Of a stretch of 32,000 nucleotides of DNA, positions 17,750 through 25,680 are shown piece by piece (the stretch's first letter is position 1; every line of letters starts with the position of its first letter). This DNA is from an archaeon. GTDB lineage: Archaea; Iainarchaeota; Iainarchaeia; Iainarchaeales; CSSED10-239. The position numbers were made by a program, and so were the translations under genes. The notes beneath the pieces are model-generated. The model was not told where the DNA came from. It did not search any database and worked only from the letters and a program-made list of their open reading frames with translations. Location of the stretch: NCBI GenBank assembly GCA_035400625.1, contig DAOMZT010000003.1, positions 71,371-103,370 of the forward strand, read 5' to 3'.

Positions 17750-18850
17750 ATGTTTAAGATAACTAGTGAAACCAAAACAGCACGCTGTGGCGAGTTTAAG
17801 ACACATCACGGAAAGATCAAGACTCCTTTCTATATGCCTGTAGTAACTAAAGGAGCAGGCAAGTTTCTAACTTTTGATGTTCTTAAAAATGCAAAAACAC
17901 AGTGCTTTATCTCTAATGCTTATCTTCTCTATTTAAAGCCAGGCCTTGAAACTATAAAAAGAGCAGGTGGCTATCATAATTTCATAAACTGGAAAAAGCC
18001 AATCTTTACAGACTCTGGTGGTTTTCAGTTGCTTGATCCTGAGTTTTTGATTTCTCTAAACGACAAAGGAGTAAAGTTTAGATCTCCATTTTCAGGAGAA
18101 CCTCATTTCATTTCTCCAGAAAAGCTAATGGAGAACCAAAACATTATTGGCTCAGACATTGCTATGGTTCTTGATCATGTTCTTGGTCCCGACCATACAA
18201 AAAAAGAATTTCAAGAAGCAACAACAAGGACAATTGCTTGGGCAAAGCGTTGTCTTGATAGCCACAAGAATAAAAATCAAAAAGTTTTTGGCATTGTCCA
18301 AGGTGGAACCTATAAAGACCTAAGAAAAGAATGTGCAGTTAAGATCAACGATATGGGCTTTGATGGGCTTGCTATTGGTGGTCTTGCTATAGGTGAAAGC
18401 AAAGAAAGAATGTTTCAAGCAATTGATTATTCTTTAGAGCATCTTGATTATGATAAGATAAAATATCTGATGGGTGTTGGCTCTCCTGAAGACATGGTTC
18501 TTTCAATAGGTAAGGGAGTAGACTGCTTTGATTCTATCTATCCAACAAAGATGGCAAGGCATGGCGTTATCTTTACAAGAAACGGAATATTAAAGATTGG
18601 CAAAAGTTATAATGCTCATCTTTTCAAGCCTATAGAAAAAGAATGCGATTGCTATGCTTGTAAAAACCATACAATCTCTTATCTTCATCATCTTTATAGG
18701 CTTGATGAGCCAGCAGCAAAGATTCTTTTGTCTGAGCACAATATTAGGTTTATTCATCGCTTGATGGAAGACTCAAGAAAACACATAGAAAAAGGAACCT
18801 TTGAGAAGTTCAAAAAAGATTTTTTAAAAAGTTATTTGAAAAATAAATAA
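17750..18850 (+). CDS. tgt: tRNA-guanine transglycosylase, short bacterial/eukaryotic-like (queuine-type) form without PUA domain
   Basis: KTPFYMPVVTKGA, LKPGLETIKRAGGYHNFINWKKPIFTDSGGFQ, FGIVQGGTYKDLR, YLMGVGSPEDM and Zn site CDCYACKNH...H. Motif spelling (DSGGFQ, MGVGSPED) follows bacterial Tgt rather than ArcTGT. Confidence 0.9.
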   Translation: MFKITSETKTARCGEFKTHHGKIKTPFYMPVVTKGAGKFLTFDVLKNAKTQCFISNAYLLYLKPGLETIKRAGGYHNFINWKKPIFTDSGGFQLLDPEFLISLNDKGVKFRSPFSGEPHFISPEKLMENQNIIGSDIAMVLDHVLGPDHTKKEFQEATTRTIAWAKRCLDSHKNKNQKVFGIVQGGTYKDLRKECAVKINDMGFDGLAIGGLAIGESKERMFQAIDYSLEHLDYDKIKYLMGVGSPEDMVLSIGKGVDCFDSIYPTKMARHGVIFTRNGILKIGKSYNAHLFKPIEKECDCYACKNHTISYLHHLYRLDEPAAKILLSEHNIRFIHRLMEDSRKHIEKGTFEKFKKDFLKSYLKNK

Positions 18851-18931
18851 TTAATACTGCAATTTCTTCAAATTCACAAAAAAGTCAAGCATTGCATTTT
18901 ATATACCATGAAATATTATATAATGATTTAA

Positions 18932-19102
18932 AAAATAGCACTCGTTTTTAAGATAGAGAAAATGTATTCTAATTTATGGAAATATAATTTATCAAATGGC
19001 TGGAGATTGACTTATACTATTCGTGGTGGAGAAATAGAAGTTATTTCTATAATTATTGAGTGGTTTTGCCATAAAAAGTATGAGAACAGATTTAAGTATT
19101 AA
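18932..19102 (+). pseudogene. N-terminally truncated RelE/ParE-like toxin remnant, paralog of the 31574-31924 gene
   Basis: Open frame FKIEKMYSNLWKYNLSNGWRLTYTIRGGEIEVISIIIEWFCHKKYENRFKY aligns with IKIPKEYISNYKINNLFRLELANYWRCLYSLVGENNKIEIIAFVIDCIDHNKYNKKFKY. It lacks about 65 N-terminal residues and has no partner antitoxin. Confidence 0.5.
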
Positions 19103-19508
19103 TTACTATTCTTAAAATTATTTCTTTACTACTAATTATTGTAACAATATTTTGAGATTCTAATTCTTTGTCATTACTCCAAAGAGGCGTTTTTAAAAAA
19201 TATGCAAGTGTAATAAAATCTATGTCATTTTTGTCTTTTATTTTATCTTCTGTATACTTAAAGAAATTTGAATATTTTTCTTTTGGGATAAATGAAACGA
19301 TTTTTTTAAGTAGATTTATTTGTTCATTAAATTCTTTTGTATTTATTTTTGTTTTTTTAATTATTTCTGATTTATATTTTAAAATCTCAGTAATTGCAAA
19401 TTCTGGAGAATAGATTTTAAATTGCTTAGATGTTATAATTTCTCTAGTCATTGAGTTTTTCCAAAAAAAAGAAAATAACACGTTAGTGTCTGCAACAATC
19501 TTTTTCAT
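19092..19508 (-). CDS. vapC: PIN-domain ribonuclease toxin (VapC-like)
   Basis: MKKIVADTNVLFSFF (first acidic PIN motif) and later SNDKEL. 138 aa. 4-nt overlap with the upstream small antitoxin gene. Confidence 0.8.
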   Translation of the reverse strand: MKKIVADTNVLFSFFWKNSMTREIITSKQFKIYSPEFAITEILKYKSEIIKKTKINTKEFNEQINLLKKIVSFIPKEKYSNFFKYTEDKIKDKNDIDFITLAYFLKTPLWSNDKELESQNIVTIISSKEIILRIVINT

Positions 19509-19741
19509 GAAATCAAACCTTCTTTTTTTAGTTGTTCGGCTCTATCTTTTCTAGATTTCTTTTGAAGATTGACCGCCCAATCACTAATTTCGCTTTCTTT
19601 TTCTAATAGTTGGTCTATTGCTTCTAATTTCTTTACTTTGTCAGCAATAGCTTTTCTAATAAATGATGACCAATTGATTTCATCGTATTTTTTCATTTTT
19701 TCTTTAATTTCTTTTGATACTGCTAAAGTTACACTTACCAT
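19505..19741 (-). CDS. vapB: VapB-like antitoxin (RHH/CopG-like N-terminus)
   Basis: MVSVTLAVSKEIKEKMKKYDEINWSSFIRKAIADKV resembles archaeal RHH antitoxins. ATGA-type overlap with the PIN gene. ATG at 19741 is preferred over 19813, because 19742-19809 contains a TATA-like tatataaa plus a cataatt direct repeat. Confidence 0.6.
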   Translation of the reverse strand: MVSVTLAVSKEIKEKMKKYDEINWSSFIRKAIADKVKKLEAIDQLLEKESEISDWAVNLQKKSRKDRAEQLKKEGLIS

Positions 19742-19809
19742 ATTTATCACATAATTGTGTTTATATACATAATTATGTTTAGATTGGTTTTTAATGATTT
19801 CTATTCCGC

Positions 19810-20505
19810 TCATAATAACTCCTTTTCTCTAAAGCTGAATATTTCTTTTTCTGAAATTATGACATGATCAATAAGTCGTATATCCATTAATTTTGCTGAT
19901 TTCTTTAATGCTTCTGTTGCCATCTTATCATCAATTGATGGCTCACATATGCCACTAGGGTGGTTATGAGCAATAATGATCCCATCTGCTCCGTGCCTCA
20001 TTGCCTCTAAGACAATATCTTTTGAAGAGATTAATGTTTGGTTGCTTGTTCCAGTTGTTATTGTTTTATAGTCTATGACATCGTTTCTTTGAGATAAGAA
20101 GATAGCTACAAGTTTTTCCTGTGTTATTCCAAAAAAAACATCAAACAAAAGATTATAGACATCTGTGGCAGAAATAATCTTTGTTTTCTCTTTTGGGCTG
20201 TTAAGTGTTTTCTTCTCAGAACTTAATATTCTTTTAGATATTTCAAAAACTGCTTTAATCTGGCAAGCTTTGACTTTTCCAATTCCCTTGATTTTCTCAA
20301 GTTCAGTTATTGGTATGTTTCCAATATCCTTAAGTGAGAATTTAGAAAATATTTCCTGACAGATGTCAATAACATTATTTTCTTTAGTCCCGGTCTTAAT
20401 AACAAGAGCCAGAAGCTCGGCTTGTGAAAGGCTTTCTGCTCCGCAATAGAGAAGTCTTTCAAGTGGCCTATTTTCGCAAGCCATTTCTTTTATTTTCATA
20501 GTCAT
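19810..20505 (-). CDS. radC: RadC-like JAB/MPN-domain protein
   Basis: N-terminal HhH-like region RPLERLLYCGAESLSQAELLALVIKTG. C-terminal JAMM motif IIAHNHPSGICEPSIDD. Confidence 0.9.
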   Translation of the reverse strand: MTMKIKEMACENRPLERLLYCGAESLSQAELLALVIKTGTKENNVIDICQEIFSKFSLKDIGNIPITELEKIKGIGKVKACQIKAVFEISKRILSSEKKTLNSPKEKTKIISATDVYNLLFDVFFGITQEKLVAIFLSQRNDVIDYKTITTGTSNQTLISSKDIVLEAMRHGADGIIIAHNHPSGICEPSIDDKMATEALKKSAKLMDIRLIDHVIISEKEIFSFREKELL

Positions 20506-20551
20506 TCACTTTTTATTTTTTTTATTTCTATAATTATTTGTCTTTGTTTAT

Positions 20552-20683
20552 GAAGCGGTCGAATTTCCCCGCTTTTAAATTGTGATTTATGATCATCAAT
20601 AATATATTGTTTCACAAAAGGGGGGTATTTTCGGGGGAGAGAGGGTAGCTGTCCAGTGCGAACTAGTCTGGACATCTACTCCC
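20552..20683. other. GC-rich structured island in the radC / nuclease divergent intergenic region (candidate small RNA or regulatory structure)
   Basis: Two strong hairpins in otherwise AT-rich DNA. One is gaagcgg-N10-ccgcttt (20552-20575). The other is about 15 bp and imperfect: gagggtagctgtccag-tgcgaactagt-ctggacatctactccc (20641-20683). It is preceded by G-runs and ends just before the TATA-like tatatata of the nuclease gene. Confidence 0.25.
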
Positions 20684-20719
20684 AAAAACTATATATATTC
20701 TTTTATTCTTAATTACTAT

Positions 20720-21934
20720 ATGCGATATTCACATTCAAGAATAGAAACTTACAAAAGTTGTCCAAAAAAATTCTATTACCAGTATATAGAAAAACCAGAG
20801 ATTGAGGAAAAAAAGGGCATAGAGGCATTCTTAGGTTCTATGGTGCATCTGGCTTTGGAAAAGCTCTATAAAGATTTAAAATTTACAAAGCTTAATTCCC
20901 TAGAAGAAATATTAGAGTACTATTCAGAAGAATGGGAAAAGAATTATGATTTAACAATAGAGATTGTTAGGCAAGATTACACTCCAAAACACTACAAAGA
21001 AATGGGCAAGAAATTTCTAACAGAATACTACGAGAAATATCATCCTTTTGATGAAGGAAAGACAATTGCCCTAGAAATGGAAATTACCTTAAGGTTTATT
21101 GATGATTATGGAACTGCCTATGATCTGATAGGTTATATAGATAGGCTAACAATGATAAATGAAGAGCATTTTGAAATACATGATTACAAAACCAACAATG
21201 CTTTAAAGACCCAAGAAGAAGTAGATAAAGACAAACAGCTTGCTCTTTACACAATAGCCATAAAAAGAATGTATCCAACAGTTAAAAGAGTAGATCTTGT
21301 CTGGCATTTTCTAGCATTTAATATGGAAATGCGCTCTTCAAGAAGTGATAAAGATCTTGAAGTTCTAGAAAAAGAAGTAATCAATGTAATTCAAGAGATA
21401 GAAAGAAAGCAAATAACTAATGACTTTCCAACAAAAGAATCTGCTCTTTGCGATTGGTGTGCTTTTAAGGAAATTTGTCCTGTTAAGTCTCATGCCTTTA
21501 AGCTAAAAAAGTTGCCTGCTAACGAGTATCTAAATGATGATGGCGTTAAATTAGTTTCTGAATATCTAAAACTAACTAATGAAAAAAAAGATGTTCTTAG
21601 TAAGCTTGATCCAAAGCTGGAAAAGCTAAAAGAGGCTCTTGTCAATTATTCCAAAGCCAACAATTCTGAAAGGGTGTATGGTAAAGATGGCAATTCCATT
21701 TTAGTAAAAGAATATGAAAACTATTCAATTCCTGAAAAAGATACAAAAGAAAGAGAAGTCTTTGAAAGGCTATTAAAAGAAAATCATGTGTGGGAGATGA
21801 TAGCTGAAGTCAATTCTTTTAATTTCTCAAAGGCAGTTAATGATGGCCTTTTCTCTAAAGATTTCCTGAAAAGGCTAGAGCCCTTAATTTCTAAAGGCAA
21901 AACCACAAGGCTTTACCCAAGTTCTAAAAGGTAA
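20720..21934 (+). CDS. PD-(D/E)XK nuclease with Cas4/AddB-type Fe-S cysteine cluster and about 150 aa C-terminal extension
   Basis: YSHSRIETYKSCPKKFYYQYIE (N-terminal Cys), GYIDRL, EIHDYKT (D/ExK), QLALY (QxxxY), CDWCAFKEICP (CX2CX5C). Confidence 0.8.
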   Translation: MRYSHSRIETYKSCPKKFYYQYIEKPEIEEKKGIEAFLGSMVHLALEKLYKDLKFTKLNSLEEILEYYSEEWEKNYDLTIEIVRQDYTPKHYKEMGKKFLTEYYEKYHPFDEGKTIALEMEITLRFIDDYGTAYDLIGYIDRLTMINEEHFEIHDYKTNNALKTQEEVDKDKQLALYTIAIKRMYPTVKRVDLVWHFLAFNMEMRSSRSDKDLEVLEKEVINVIQEIERKQITNDFPTKESALCDWCAFKEICPVKSHAFKLKKLPANEYLNDDGVKLVSEYLKLTNEKKDVLSKLDPKLEKLKEALVNYSKANNSERVYGKDGNSILVKEYENYSIPEKDTKEREVFERLLKENHVWEMIAEVNSFNFSKAVNDGLFSKDFLKRLEPLISKGKTTRLYPSSKR

Positions 21935-21995
21935 TGTTTATAAACTATTTTCTCTTTTATTTTTATTAATAATTACAAGTTCATATGGAAATAAA

Positions 21996-23114
21996 ATGAC
22001 AGACAAAAACCAAATCAATATTCTTTCTAGAAAGATAGATCCTTCAGAAGAGGACAATAGTAAAAAAGAGACTAGAAAAAGAACAAAAACCAAACTTGTA
22101 CAATTATCAGTATCTGGAAAAAAAGGAAAAGATATAACAAGAGTAAAAAAAGAGGTTAAAAAGAAATTAACCTTTAAGGATTTTATATTTAAAATATCTA
22201 AGATGATCAATAGCGTTCCTAATTTTTTCGCAAATTTTTTTAATACTTCTTTCAAGACTATTGCCTATACTATAGTAGGAACTATGCTAAGTTTTGGAGC
22301 AGCACTTCTTTTATTCCGTGAAAATGCTGGTTTGTTTTCTGTATTTTTCCTAACTATCTTTCTTGCGCCAATAGCAATGAAAGAAACAAACAGAAATGTT
22401 TTGTTAGCAGGAAGAACCCAAAAAGTTGAAGCAAAAGGAGTTTCTCTTACAAAGCTAAAAGTAAAGGAGCACAATAAATTTTACTTAAAAGACTTATATG
22501 AAGAAAATAAAAGAACAATTAATATTTACTTGTTTTTTTTCATAGGAATAATGCTTGTTGTTATTACTTTAATTACAGTTATGCCTGTTGATTTTTCTGC
22601 GAAATTATTTAGTGAGCAAGGTTGGAACACAGCACTCATGCCAAATAGAAGTATTGGTTTTGCAGGCTTAGAAAAAACAAGTATATTTTTTGATATCTTA
22701 AAGAATAATTTTTCAGTAATGATTGTTTGTTTTATCATTGCCTTAATTTTTCCATTAGGTGCTTTACTAATGATTGTTTGGAACGCAATGTATTGGGCAG
22801 TTTCTTTTAGTCAATATGCATTATTCTATAGTAAAGTATATAGTGTGAAATTACTATCTATTCTTTTCCCATTATTGCTTAGTGTTTCGTTACACACGAT
22901 TATAGAAGCATTATGTTATTTCTTTGCTGTAATTTCAGGGACAATGCTTGCTATGAGTATTAAATCTGAAAAGTTAGATTCTGACAGGTTTTTTTATCTT
23001 TTTAGATATTGTATAATATTACTTGCATTTGCAGTATTTTTCTTGATCTTAGGGTCTTTTGTTGAAGTTTACATGTTTGATGGCATAAAAAACTTCTTTT
23101 TTAGCTTATTTTAA
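21996..23114 (+). CDS. Polytopic membrane protein, possibly SpoIIM/DUF95-like, with Lys-rich cytoplasmic N-terminus
   Basis: Six or more hydrophobic helices. LKNNFSVMIVCFIIALIFPLGALLMIVWNAMYWAV and HTIIEALCYFFAVISG resemble SpoIIM-family motifs. The family call is weak. Confidence 0.45.
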   Translation: MTDKNQINILSRKIDPSEEDNSKKETRKRTKTKLVQLSVSGKKGKDITRVKKEVKKKLTFKDFIFKISKMINSVPNFFANFFNTSFKTIAYTIVGTMLSFGAALLLFRENAGLFSVFFLTIFLAPIAMKETNRNVLLAGRTQKVEAKGVSLTKLKVKEHNKFYLKDLYEENKRTINIYLFFFIGIMLVVITLITVMPVDFSAKLFSEQGWNTALMPNRSIGFAGLEKTSIFFDILKNNFSVMIVCFIIALIFPLGALLMIVWNAMYWAVSFSQYALFYSKVYSVKLLSILFPLLLSVSLHTIIEALCYFFAVISGTMLAMSIKSEKLDSDRFFYLFRYCIILLAFAVFFLILGSFVEVYMFDGIKNFFFSLF

Positions 23115-23204
23115 AAAGGCCTTTCTAAAAAAATACCTTTATATTTCTTTTTTAACCTAAATATATTAATAATTTATATTCTATTTATTTTGGAGGAAAA
23201 AAAC

Positions 23205-24056
23205 ATGGCTACAAATGATGATAAAGAAGAATCTATAATAAGTCCAAGACGCTCAAAAAAGAAAATATTTTTTTGGCAATTGATTTCTGCAGTTCTGTTT
23301 ATTGCTTTAATAATATCAGTATTATTTGCAATAACCAATAAGACAGAAACTAGCAATTCGCCAATGACTGGAAATATTGGATTAGTTGGTTCTACAGAAA
23401 CAAAAATAAACCAAAAGGTAGTTGATGATACTATTTCTTTTCTAAAAGAGGCTTTCCAATTACCAGAAGTTGTAGTTAAAGAAACAAAGATTGTTGATGG
23501 CCTTTATGAGATCACAATGACTATTGATGGCCAAGACATGCCAATCTATACCACAACAACAGGAGAGCATGTTGCTGTTCCTGGTATTGGGCTTGTAAAC
23601 AAAGAAGATGTCTTAAAGCAAATGGCTGAAGCAAAAGCACAAAAAAAAGCTTTAGAGGAAGAACAAGCAAAGGTAAAAGTTGCTGAAGACTACAGAATAA
23701 ACAAGGAAAGCACAATAGATGATTTCAAAGGAAAACCAGCAGTAATATTTTTTGTAGGAACATACTGCGGACATTGTCAGGCAACGATCCCTGAATTTAA
23801 AACACAGATATGGGATAACTACAAAGATTCTGCAAATTTATGGGTAAATGTAATAGATGATAAGCTCTTTGTTATAGACAATATCGCACAAGGGTATAAT
23901 ACAACTCTAGATTTTGACACCATAACTGGCGAATCTTGTAGCTACATACCTTCTTTTGTTGTTTTAGATGAAGAAGGCAAAGTGGTTTTAAAATCATGTG
24001 GTTCTGAAAAAGGCATCTCTGATATTACATCCACTTTAGATGAGTTATTAGGATAA
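23205..24056 (+). CDS. Membrane-anchored thioredoxin-fold thiol:disulfide oxidoreductase (TlpA/ResA-like)
   Basis: GGAGG 8 nt upstream of the ATG at 23205. TM anchor FFWQLISAVLFIALIISVLFAI. C-terminal GKPAVIFFVGTYCGHCQATIPEF carries the CxxC motif. Confidence 0.75.
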   Translation: MATNDDKEESIISPRRSKKKIFFWQLISAVLFIALIISVLFAITNKTETSNSPMTGNIGLVGSTETKINQKVVDDTISFLKEAFQLPEVVVKETKIVDGLYEITMTIDGQDMPIYTTTTGEHVAVPGIGLVNKEDVLKQMAEAKAQKKALEEEQAKVKVAEDYRINKESTIDDFKGKPAVIFFVGTYCGHCQATIPEFKTQIWDNYKDSANLWVNVIDDKLFVIDNIAQGYNTTLDFDTITGESCSYIPSFVVLDEEGKVVLKSCGSEKGISDITSTLDELLG

Positions 24057-24169
24057 TTGTTTAAAAGAAAACAATTATTTTCTTTTTCTTATTTTTCTCT
24101 TAAGGCTCTTACCAACACATTTTGTTAAAAACCACTCTATTTTTAAATTTGTGTTGGTATAACATATAT

Positions 24170-25045
24170 ATGGTTTCAGTAATAAAAAAGAAAAAAGGCA
24201 CGAAAAAAGCCTATTATCTACATATGACCTTAAGATCTAAAAAAGGCTATAAGAATCTTGACAAATATATAGGTATGGAGTTACCAACAGACCTTAGAAC
24301 ACAAAAATTAGATTTCTTTATTTCTTCTCAACAAGAACAGTTAGAGAAGATATCTGAACAAATATCTAAGCAAAATACTCAAAAATCAAAAATACCAAAA
24401 ACTGTTCAGGAAAATCAAATGTTTGATTTTGCTGTAAAATTTACATATAATACAAGCAGAATAGAAGGAAATACCCTAAGCCTAAAAGACTCTTATCTTT
24501 TGCTTAAAGATCAGATTTCTCCTCAAAAGCCTATGCGAGACATTAAGGAGATAGAATCTCATCAGAAGTTGTTTTTAGAACTTATTAAAAAAAGCCAAAA
24601 GATAAGTTATCAAAATCTAATAAATTGGCATTATTATTTATTTAAAGATACAAAAAAAGACATAGCAGGAAAGATCAGAAATTATCAAGTAGGTATATCT
24701 GGTTGTAAGTTTTTGCCTCCTAGCCCTGCAGAGCTTTCAGCAGAAATAAGTGATTTCTTTAAGTGGTATGATAAAAATAAATCAAAATACAATCCTGTTA
24801 TTCTTGCAGGATTAGTGCATTTAAGACTAGTTACGATACATCCTTTTGGTGATGGCAATGGCAGAATTACAAGATTATTAATGAACATTATTTTAAATAA
24901 CAACAATTGTCCTCTTTTTATTATTGATTATAAAAACAAAAAAAGCTATTATTCGGCATTAGAGAGATCACAAGTAAAAGAAGATGATTCTTATTTTTTA
25001 AGTTGGTTTCTTAAAAGCTATTTAGTTTTTATAAAACATAAATAA
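24170..25045 (+). CDS. fic: Fic-domain protein (probable AMPylase), class II-like with internal inhibitory motif
   Basis: Fic core HPFGDGNGRITR (HxFx[DE]GNGRxxR). Upstream TSRIEG matches [ST]xxxE[GN]. ATG at 24170 lies directly after tatata and may be leaderless. Confidence 0.9.
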   Translation: MVSVIKKKKGTKKAYYLHMTLRSKKGYKNLDKYIGMELPTDLRTQKLDFFISSQQEQLEKISEQISKQNTQKSKIPKTVQENQMFDFAVKFTYNTSRIEGNTLSLKDSYLLLKDQISPQKPMRDIKEIESHQKLFLELIKKSQKISYQNLINWHYYLFKDTKKDIAGKIRNYQVGISGCKFLPPSPAELSAEISDFFKWYDKNKSKYNPVILAGLVHLRLVTIHPFGDGNGRITRLLMNIILNNNNCPLFIIDYKNKKSYYSALERSQVKEDDSYFLSWFLKSYLVFIKHK

Positions 25046-25056
25046 CAAGTAAGCCG

Positions 25057-25092
25057 ATACCTAAACTTATATATTTTTGTAAGTTTCGGTAT
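25057..25092. terminator. Bidirectional hairpin between convergent fic and HD genes
   Basis: ataccTaaactta-N9-taagtttcggtat forms a 13-bp stem with one mismatch, with a T-tract in the loop and flank. Confidence 0.4.
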
Positions 25093-25656
25093 TTATTCAA
25101 GAACATAGTTTCTCTTTATTTCTTCTAAAGTAGCAGATACAAATTTTTCTATATCTATTCCTAGAGTTTTCTCACACAAATATATCTGTTCTCTATTGAC
25201 TGCTGCAGCGAAATATTTATCTTTTAGTTTCTTAAGAATAGACTTTGTTTCTGCTTTAGAGATGTCTTTGTCAGGTCTCATCAAGACACATGCTCTGATT
25301 ATACCTGTTAGCCCATCAAGAGAATATAGTGCATTTCTCAAGTCGCTATTTCTTTTGACACCTACTGCCTCATTATGGCTTTTGATATCCTCTATCAGTT
25401 CTTGGTTAATGCCTTTCTCTTGTAAAATCTTTTCAGTAACAAGAGTGTGCTTGTTTATGTCTTCTCCAAAGCATTCAAGGTCAAGATCATGAAGTAGCCC
25501 AAGCACAAAAGCATATTCTTGTTCTTTTTCTGGCAAGTTAAGAAGTTTAGAGATTCCAAGAAGCCCATAGCCGACAAGAAAAGAATGATCAAGATTAGCT
25601 TTTTCTTTAATATGTTCTTTAAGCAAAGAAATTGCTTGTGTTTTATTTGGTATCAT
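25093..25656 (-). CDS. HD-domain metal-dependent phosphohydrolase
   Basis: ANLDHSFLVG ... LGLLHDLD gives the H...HD motif. Length is 187 aa. Confidence 0.8.
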   Translation of the reverse strand: MIPNKTQAISLLKEHIKEKANLDHSFLVGYGLLGISKLLNLPEKEQEYAFVLGLLHDLDLECFGEDINKHTLVTEKILQEKGINQELIEDIKSHNEAVGVKRNSDLRNALYSLDGLTGIIRACVLMRPDKDISKAETKSILKKLKDKYFAAAVNREQIYLCEKTLGIDIEKFVSATLEEIKRNYVLE

Positions 25657-25680
25657 AAGTTATCACTTTTCTAGTTTGGG

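Noticed and set aside
20581-20600. C/D-box sRNA candidate (minus strand tgatga within attattgatgatcataaat)
   Set aside because: No D box (CTGA) at an appropriate distance and no terminal stem. It is likely a chance match in AT-rich DNA.
20619-20646. G-quadruplex from runs GGGGGG / GGGGG / GGG
   Set aside because: Only three usable G-runs lie within a reasonable loop distance. A fourth would require splitting the first run with no loop.
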